Source: Cyanophora paradoxa CCMP329 (taxonomy: Eukaryota; Plantae; Glaucophyta). Taken from it: a stretch of DNA of 64,000 nucleotides. Positions 48,672 through 57,348 of this stretch are shown here, piece by piece. The notes below the pieces were generated by a model, which saw only the letters and a program-made list of their open reading frames with translations, did not search any database and had not been told where the DNA came from. Every line of letters starts with the position of its first letter. Within the stretch, counting starts at the first letter, position 1. The DNA is taken from positions 1 through 64,000 of the forward strand of contig QPMI01000120.1 in assembly GCA_004431415.1 (NCBI GenBank), read 5' to 3'. The translations under genes and the position numbers were made by a program.

Positions 48672-48964
48672 AGGTCCGCGTCCAGCGAGAGCGACGGGTC
48701 CAGCTGGGCGTCTGTGGGACGGTCGGCGCGTGAGGACGGACCGGAAGGTGCGTGCGAAGTACGCGCCGCTCGCACATTTGCGAAAGAAGTCGGCGGCTGC
48801 GGCTTCCTTGGACTCAACGCCCTTGTACATGTTCAGCGCCTCGACCTCCGCGATGGCATCCCGCGCGCTTCGCCCGTCGATGACGCCCCGCGCGTCGCCC
48901 GCCGCGCCGACGGCCGCCTCGAGCGCCGCGCCGCCAGCCGAGCCTCCAGTGCCGCGGTGCTCAT
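48672..48964 (-). pseudogene. DCTN3: DCTN3 5' fragment, copy B (truncated in exon 2, frameshifted)
   Basis: Paralogous to 38882-39184. Similarity stops abruptly at 48672. Confidence 0.7.
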
Positions 48965-49307
48965 CGCCTGCTTCGCGGGTCGTGCGGCCGGTGCCCGGAA
49001 GCGAGTGTAGCGCGCTGGCACTTGCAATTGGAGAGGGCTAGCGCGCGCTGGCTGGCCTCGTTTTAGAGCCAGAGAGACCCAGGGGGGGACGAGCGCCGGG
49101 GGGAATGAGCGCTGGGGGGAGTACAGTCGTCACAGAGCCAGTCGACCTACAGAAGCGGCTCTGCGGCCAGCGGCGGCCTCCAGCTGTGCATTCCTGGCGT
49201 ACGCGGACCGTCTCGCTGCGCTGGCGCCATGGGATAGCGGCCTCGCCGCCGGATAGCGCTTCTGACGTCCGCACGCCGCGGCGCGCGCCGCAAACATCGG
49301 ACGAACA

Positions 49308-49930
49308 ATGGGTGAGCTCCAATCTTCGTCCGCATTGCTCGCGGACACCTGCGGCGTCGTCGCGCCGTCGCCGCTTTCTTCTGCTCACCGCCACTTGCGC
49401 AGGGCTCTTCACCTTCCACGCGGTGGACCTTTCCAAGGTCGACGGTGAAGCCTTAGGGACGGCCGCCATGGGGCGCGCGGCCGAGTCTATCGGCCGCGCG
49501 GCAGAGAACCTCAGCGGTTCCGTCGGCCGTGCGGCAGAGAACCTCAGCGGTTCCGTCGGCAACACCATTGCCCAATGTGCGCCCGTTCCTTCGCCTCGCA
49601 ATTCCGCATCCGATCTTCGCCGCAGACACGCCCGGGAAAATCGTACTAGGCCTCGTCCTCATCGTCACCGTTCCCATCGTTACGATCAGTGCGCCCAAGC
49701 CCCCATCCACTTCTCATGAATGCGAAATCAGACGCGCGCGCGCGCGCAGAGGTCGTCGACGCGATCATCAGCGGGGTGAAGGAGCAGAAGCACCGAGTGG
49801 CGCACGAGCACGGGGTCGTCCGCGTCCAGCGCGCCGACCAGTAGAAACTGATCATGACGAGTCGACTTCGCGCCCTACCTTCTTCAGTGGGATTCGAATT
49901 CGATGTACCTGTACAGACGCTTGCAATTGA
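49308..49930 (+). CDS. Small 11-aa-repeat membrane protein, copy B (GRAAENLSGSV x2)
   Basis: Paralogue of 39522-40169 with one fewer 33-bp unit. Confidence 0.5.
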
Positions 49931-50166
49931 TCGACCCTTCTGCACCTGTACAGCTGCTCGCCGAGTCGCCTTCAACGGTTCGCATGCGTTTCGTGCTGCG
50001 ATGAGCGACGTGCATGCAAACTGCCATTCCAGCCGCCAGGCTGTAGCCGCCCCGGGCCCGGCCTGCCCTCGCTTCATCGCGGACCTCGCTCGCACAAAGC
50101 TACAGTCCACGCTCATGCTGCCAGGCGCCGAGGGCGGGGGCGCAGGGGGGACGGCGCAGCGGCCCG

Positions 50167-50684
50167 CAGCGGGGGCGAGGCGGGCGGCGGTGGCGGCTCG
50201 CGGGGCGGGGCGGAGGCGCGGCGGGCGGCGGCGGCGGAGGCTCGCGGGGCGGGACGGAGGCGCAGCGTGCGGCGGCGGCGACTCGCGGGGCGGGACGGAG
50301 GCGCGGCGGGCGGCGGCGGCGGCTCGCGGGGCGGGACGGAGGCGCGGCGGGCGGCGGCGGCGGCTCGCGGGGCGTGGCGGAGGCGCGGCGGGCGGCGGCG
50401 TGGCACGCGGGGCGGGACGGAGGCGCGGCGGGCGGCGGCGGCGGCTCGCGGGGCGGGACGGAGGCGCGGCGGGCGGCGGCGGCGGCTCGCCGGGCGGGGC
50501 GGGGCGAGGCGGGCGGCGGTGGCGGCTCGCGGGGCGTGGCGGAGGCGCGGCGGGCGGCGGCGGCGGCTCGCGGGGCGGGACGGAGGCGCGGCGGGCGGCG
50601 GCGGCGGCTCGCCGGGCGGGGCGGGGGCGAGGCGGGCGGCGGTGGCGGCTCGCCGGGCGGGGCGGAGGCGCGGCGGGCGGCGGG
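50167..50684. repeat. 41-bp GC-rich minisatellite (gcggggcgggacggaggcgcggcgggcggcggcggcggctc), ~12 units
   Basis: ctcgcgggg recurs at 50282, 50323 and 50364 (41-bp period). Confidence 0.9.
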
Positions 50685-51912
50685 AGCGGCAGGCGCCCAA
50701 GCGATGCGAGCGCAGACGCATCGAAGAGGCGCCACGAGCCTGACAAGCAGCCGAAGACCGCCCAGCTCCTGGGAGGAGGCCGGGCCTCCGCCCCGCCCCG
50801 CGAGCCGCGCCGCCGCACGCCGCCTCTCCGCCCCGCCCAGCGAGCCGCCGCCTTCGGTCCTTCACCGTTCGCGCGAACTACCGTACCCTCCCCGAGGCGC
50901 GCCACCCGGGCCCTCGCCTTTGCCCCTACCCCCCTTCGCCTCACCCCCCCTCCAGTTCGCTTCCACGCGGCTGGATACCCTCGAGTTGAGTACCCCCAAG
51001 TTCAGCCAGGATGGGCCCGGCCTCGGTCTCCTGCGTGACGCCGCCCTTATCGCGCGCCCCTATCCCCCCTCCCCCCTCCTTCCCTTTTCGAGCCTGCTCG
51101 CAGGGGAGCCTTCGGGATCTGACCCTGCGCGGGGGTTTCCGCGACTGGACGAGCTTCGCCTCCGCCCCAAAGGTGCCGTACTCCCCCCAGTTCCGCACCC
51201 CCCTCTGATCCCGTACCCCCCGACTCGCCGCGCATCAGCTGCTCTCGCAGCTGCGGTCCCTATCGCTCCTGAAGTGCGCGGCCCGGCCCCGGCCCTTAGA
51301 AAGTGGCGGCTCATCTTAGGGGGTACTCCGCGCAGGGCCGCGGAGCTCAATCCCGTGTGCCTGGCCCTGCTCCCTCGCTTCTCGGCCCTGGAGCGACTCT
51401 CAGTCGGCCTGTCGAGCTTCCAGTGCTTCACAGCGCTCGCGGGGGCGCTGCCCGCGGTCCCCGCGCTCCGTTCGCTCTTCCTGAGCGTCTCGACCTCCAG
51501 CCATCGCCCCGAGTCCAACCAAGCGGCGGGGCGCACCGCCGTCGCCGTCCTCCTCCGCGCCGCCAGGGCGCGCACCCCCCGTCCGTCCTCGACTAATCCG
51601 TTCCTGGGCTGATTGCTGTACCCCCAGGACACGCTGGAGGAGTACGATCGGGACCACCTCTACCCCAGCGAGGAGGAGAGCGGGGCACTGGCGGCGTGCA
51701 CGCGCCTGCGGCGGGCCTCGCTGACGCTGGCGGAGCCGGCCGAGGCCGTGGCCGCCGGGAACCTCGCCGCGCTGGCCCCGCTCGCCTCCGTCGCCGCCCG
51801 CCCCGCCCCGGCCCGGGGGGACCTGGAGCTTGTCCGGCGCTCCGGGGACGCCTCGGACTGGGGCGATCGCGACCTGCAGCCCCTCCTCGGCGCCCGCTGG
51901 CTCCTCGTGTAG
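50683..51912 (+). pseudogene. Rearranged 3'-half paralogue of the F-box/LRR gene
   Basis: 50851-51912 matches 15850-16909, including introns and the LLGARWLLV* end. 50683-50780 is the reverse complement of ~15750-15851. Confidence 0.85.
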
Positions 51913-53399
51913 GCCCTGAGGGCCGCCGGGGCGCGCCTTCCGAAGTTCGATTCGGTCAATTCACTCCCCATGTACCCCTCCAGTACTTTTATTCCGTACC
52001 CCTGTGGTGAACAAGCCCCCGCATTCCCCCATTGCGCCCTCCTCCCAAATCACCACTTCTTCTCCCGCCCACCCCCTTCATGTCTGCGGCCGCCGTGCAC
52101 GCACACATATATGGTATACGTACCCCCTGCATTCGTTTTCCGGCCGCCTTGGGGGAACGAACTGCGCGGCCGGCGAGTCTGGACTCTGGACTTCGAATTT
52201 AGATCCGGTCGCACATATATATCAAAACCCATGGCCAGCAGCTGCAGTATGACGCCACGTGCACGCAGCTGCAGCGCCGCGGCGCAGCTACGAGGCTAGC
52301 TACACCTACAGTCCGACGGTCCTAGCTATATAATATGATATAGCGCTAATCATGAAGTTGAGCTAATACGTGTGCGTACGTATGCTAATGCGCTATACGC
52401 TATACGTATATATGCGTATGCTAATGAAAACTAAGTTGAGCTCGCGACTCGATCGATATCCGTATCACGTTTAATTTGCTTCATGGTCTTTAAACGCGTA
52501 TGAAAAACTGAGAATTCGTACGAGAATGTAGCTGGCAAGTTGATTCGAAAACGTCACGGCGTGGGAGGAATATCACGCAAAGAACAATTAGAAGGCTCTA
52601 AGCTCTGACTCCGTGAGCTGATCATGAAAAACAAAGGATCATGAAAAGCGGGAGGAATATCACGCAAACAACAAAAAGAAGTCTCTTATATAATTATATA
52701 TCATTGCCGAAAGTTGAAATATAAGCTCTGATCATGAAAAATGAAGGACGCGAGGCACGGAGTCCGGATCCGGGAGCCGCTGAGCCTTGTGCACGGTCCT
52801 GTCGCGTAGATGCCATGATCGGTGCCGGCGAGCCCGGCAGCGCTTGCAATTGCTCAGCGTCCGAAGCCATGGCCACCGCCACGTGCCGCAGTGCACGTGC
52901 CATGGGCGGGGCCGGATCCGATGATCCGGATCCGGAGGCGCGCACGTGGCGGGGCGGGCGCCGGCCGCGGGGCGGGCGGGCGGGCGGGGCGGGGCGGGGC
53001 GGGGCGCGCGGCGGGGCGGGGCGGGGAGAGGCGGGAAAATCCGTCGCCTGGGGAGGGGAAGTACACGTATGTGGGGGGACGACTCCGGATCCAGACTCGC
53101 GATCGGCCGCGATCGCCAGCCAACCTGGCGGGCCGGCACGGGGCGCGCGCGGGGGGCTCGAGCCCGAGGCCCCGGCCCGAGCTGGACGAGTCGGAAGGAT
53201 GCGGAGAATCCGGACCCGAGCCGGGTTGAAGGGGGTATGGCGGGTCGGTTGTGTGTGCACGAGATCCGGAGCTGATAACGAAGGAAAAAAGGGAAGAAAA
53301 GGAAAAAAAGGAGAGACGAAGGGAAAGCGCTGGGCTGCGGTGTTGCTGGGTCGCTGGCGCTGGTTCAGCGAAGGGCCCAGCTGCAGGCCAGGCCTAGAA

Positions 53400-55670
53400 G
53401 CTCCTGCTCGCGCTGGAGTTCGCCCCTCCCGGCGCCGGTGACGACTCAAGCTTAAGGTCAGGAGCGTGATGAACGGGCGGCGCGCGGCGCTCTGGGCGCA
53501 TCGGGGGCCCGCCGCGCGGCCCCGCGGTACCAGCGCCCGCTGCGGATATCGATCCGGAGAGGCCGATCGCGAGCGATGGTGCGAGTGCGAGGGGCGGCGG
53601 CGGCGGCCACGGGTCCCGCGAGGCTGTGGCGACGGGCGCGGGCGCGGCCGATGCCGCGGTACTCGCGATCGTGGACGGGCTGCGGCTGGCGCTAGCGCTA
53701 GCCGAGGAGGAGGCGCCGCCGGCCACGGGCTGCAGCTGGCCGCTGCCGTATGGCGGCGGATCGATATCCGGACCCGCCGGCGACGCCGAGCTCGAGATCG
53801 ATCGCGAGCCGGATCCGAGCGGGCCGATCGCGAGCTCGCGCTCGAGCTCCTCGACGTCGAGCTCGAGCTCGCCGTCCGGATCCGGATCCGGATCCGCCTC
53901 GCGATCGGGCGCGGGAGCGACTGAGGTGGCGGCCAGCAGCGGCGGCGGCTCGAGCTCCGGCTCCGTCTTCTGCGGCGGCGTTCGCGTACCGGGGCAGTGA
54001 GCGAATGCGATAAATGTGCCTAGAGAACATCTTAATCTAGATGGCTTTAAGTTTGTATAATTAGCTGCGGTGCGCAGCCTGCAGCTGGGGTGCACCTGAT
54101 CCTGCACGCGTGGCTGGCCGTGGCGCCGGCCCTGCGTCTGCCCGTAGCCGCGGCCGGCACCCTCGCCGCGACGGGGGCGCGCCGAGCGCGGACCGGACCT
54201 AGCCCTCGCGACCGGCTTCGAATCCGACCGACCGCGCTCGACATCGCGATCGCGACCTCGCGAGTGCTGCCGCGCCGCCGCCGACGCCGCCGCCGCCGCC
54301 GCCGACGCCGACGCCGGCCGCGGTCGACGCTGGCGAGCCCGCGATCGAGCACTCGCCCGCGCCGGCGCCGTCGATGTCGACGTCACTGACTGCAGCATGC
54401 GCATGGGCTCCGCATCGATATCCGCGGCCGCCGGCGCCGGCGCCGCAGCGGCACCTGTATACGTATACGTATACGTCGTGCGAGCCTGCACCTGCAACTC
54501 GCGCGCGGCGATCGATAGTTAATTGAACGTTGAAGGCGACGGCAGCGGCCGCCGGGCGCCGGCGCCGGCGCGGGCTGCACCTGCCCATGGCCCAGAAATA
54601 GATCTGGCGGGCTGGCCATGGCCACTTGCGATTGCACGCTGGGGATGTATCCAGAGCTCGAGCTGGTCGCGTGCACGCTGGGGCTGTAGTAGCCGTAGCT
54701 GGAGCTTGCGCTAGCGCTCGGGGAGGGCGACGTAGGCGGCCATGGCGCCGGATCCGGAGGCAGCGGGGGCGGGGCCCGGGGCGGCCGCGGGGGGTTAACG
54801 TTGGCGTTCCCGTCGCAGAGCGCGTGCGCATACTGCGCCAAACGCGTTTACGTCAGCGGGAAGCTTGTAATCAAGGTTGATATAAGCTTAAGCAGCTGCG
54901 CGTGCATGCGCAGGGTCGACGTCGGAGACATCGATCGCGATATCGATATCTATGTAATTATAACATGTACATGTCGATCTAGATTTGTGTACGTAATCGC
55001 CGGCCACATTCATATATAATTGGACGTAAAGATATATGTACATCGTACGCGTGCCGCACCTGCTTTCGGCCTGGGAAGAGAGGGCCTGCCGCGCTGGGAC
55101 CATGCAACTGGCCATATGCATATGCATGGGGATCGCGAGCGGCTGCCGCTTCCGTGGGGAGCGGCCGCCACTGCAGGTGCTCGAGCACGCGCGTGCTAAG
55201 GGTCGACGTCGGCGTCGGCGTCGACGTACGCGTCGAGGTCGAGGACGAGGTCGATCGCGAGCTCGAGGTCGCTGGCGCCGGCTGAGCGTGTACATGTGTA
55301 CATGTCCCGTCGGCCGCGGCCGCTCCACCTTGAAGATGCACATGCTGCTGATTACGATCAAGCGTGTATAACCCATGGCCAGCTGCGGCCGCGGCCGCCG
55401 GTGTCGATGCCGATATCGATGCGGACGCCGCCCTTAAGCTTGCTCCGTCCGGATGCACCATGGCCACGTGCACTGCCGTAGCATCCTGGCTGCAGCTGGT
55501 CGGTATCGATGCCACCGTTCTGGCGTCCTTCAAATGCGAGAAGCCGGGGATCCGGTGTAAGTGTGTCGGGGATCGATACCCGACCGCGGGGCGCCCTCCA
55601 AATGGGAGAAGCCGGCCCCGCCCATATGCATGCCCATCGCGATCGATGCCAGGGTCCACCTGCCGCATCG
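53400..55670 (-). pseudogene. Probable former gene saturated with X-X'-X palindromic micro-insertions
   Basis: Residual exon/intron-like alternation. Translations are full of ELE, DID, QLQ, MHM, TYTYT and DPDPD patterns, which arise from gagctcgag, gatatcgat and similar 9-mers. Confidence 0.5.
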
Positions 55671-55778
55671 TACGCGTTACACGATAGCGAGTTTTAGTTG
55701 CAATATTAATTGGACAGATCTAGAGATAGGAGATTTAAAATCGCGCGCGGCGCCGGCGTGTCGCGTGCGAGATTAGTG

Positions 55779-56041
55779 TGTCTAATCGTGCGCGCGGGAC
55801 GCCCGTGCGGAGTGCAAGCTCGGCAGGGCAGGGAATGGCGAGTGTCGCTGTAGTTAGTCACCGTGATGGTAGACTGAGGGTGTACCCGTCCAACTACGGC
55901 GTACCCCGACACACGCATACAAATGACCGCGGCGCTCTAACTAGCCTAGGCGCCGTCGGCCTAGCAGCACGAAGGCTGCATACATCATCTAGAGCCCTAG
56001 CGGCTCACAATCGAGCATCCACTGTAAAGTCGGATGCGACA
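55779..56041 (-). repeat. Predicted 3' LTR, 263 bp (TGTC...GACA)
   Basis: On the minus strand it begins TGTCGC one base after a purine tract and ends TTAGACA, giving a 4-bp terminal inverted repeat. The second LTR is not in the window. Confidence 0.7.
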
Positions 56042-56042
56042 A

Positions 56043-56053
56043 CTCCTCCTCTC
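56043..56053 (-). promoter_or_regulatory. Polypurine tract (GAGAGGAGGAG)
   Basis: Plus-strand ctcctcctctc lies directly beside the LTR boundary. Confidence 0.75.
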
Positions 56054-57348
56054 GGATCCCGCGTCCGCGCGGGTCTACGCCCGAAGGCGAACAGAGAGAG
56101 GGCCGGGGAAGCCAGGAATTTGATCGAGCCTGAGCTCTCTATACAACGCGACCCCGGCCGCTATACACAAACGCTCGGAGCTACCGGCTACTGCCGGGAA
56201 TCGAAAAAGGCTCCGAGCCACTCACGGTCGGCGTCACCGGCTACTGCCGGGAATCGAAAAGACGCCGAGCCCGTCTACGTCCGGCGACTGCCGGGAATCG
56301 AAAAAGGCTGTCGCCCGGCGGGTGCCGGTACGACTCCAGCGTGTAGTGCCCAGGGGCAAGGTCCAACTTCGGGCCGGCGGCCCAGGCAAACCCGCACGAG
56401 GCGAGCGGTACGGAGACAGAAGCCGAGGGGGCCCTGCCCTCATCGCGCAGCACGTTAGCCGCAAGAGCGCACGCTGCAACAGCAACGCGGGGCGTAGCGT
56501 CGCGATGGCGCTCGATAGCCCACAGCAATATGCCCGTCCCAGCGCTTAGGGATATGCAGCCCGTCGTGCGACGCTGCCTAGGCACAAGCCGCGCTCCCAC
56601 AGCAATTGCACGGCATCGAATCGGGGGACCCCGACGGCGGTGGAGCTAGGGATCTCCAGGGCGAGGCTAGGCGCCGCCACAGGGCTCAAACCACCGTCAC
56701 TCGTGACGGCAGGTGCCCTGCCCGACCCGTGCATGCACGTCCATTGCGAGGGGGACGTGACCCTCCCAGGCGAACTGCCACCGAGCGTCCCCGGTGCAGA
56801 GCCCTGAATGGGGGAATTTTTGCGTCCCCAGTCGTCGTACCCGGAGTGGGATCCGGCGTAACGACCGCCTGCGTGTACCCCACCGGCGCAAGGCGCGCCC
56901 TGGTACACCGCCAGGTCTTACACGGAGGGGGAATGGACATCCCCTGTCGCTGTACCCGAGGCAGAACTCGGCGTCACAGCCGCCTACCGACCCTTCTGCA
57001 GACGCGAGGCGCGTCCTAGGGCTCGGCTAGGTCTTCGGAGGGCCCCAGCCCTGTCACCGTGCCGAGCTGTGCTCAAGGCCACCGGCCGCCCGCGGCTCAT
57101 CCAATTTGCCCGGGTCTTTACAAGGGACTCGCACCCTGTCACCGCGCCGAGCTGTGCTCAAGGCTGACGGCCGCCCGCAGCCTCTTCTCTCGGCTCGGGG
57201 CTTTCGCGTTGTGCGCGGGGCTCTGAGGCCCGTCGATCCAGCCCGCCGGGGCGATCTTCCCGCTCAGCGCTGCCGAGGGGCTAGCGCAGCCGCCCTCATG
57301 TCCTCGCCCTCGCGTGGGGTCGGGACGCGGCTCGGAGCCGGCTTTCCC

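Noticed and set aside
55774-55778. tagtg beside the LTR as a CACTA right end
   Set aside because: No matching cactaatc left end was seen. It is more simply the LTR's target-site flank.
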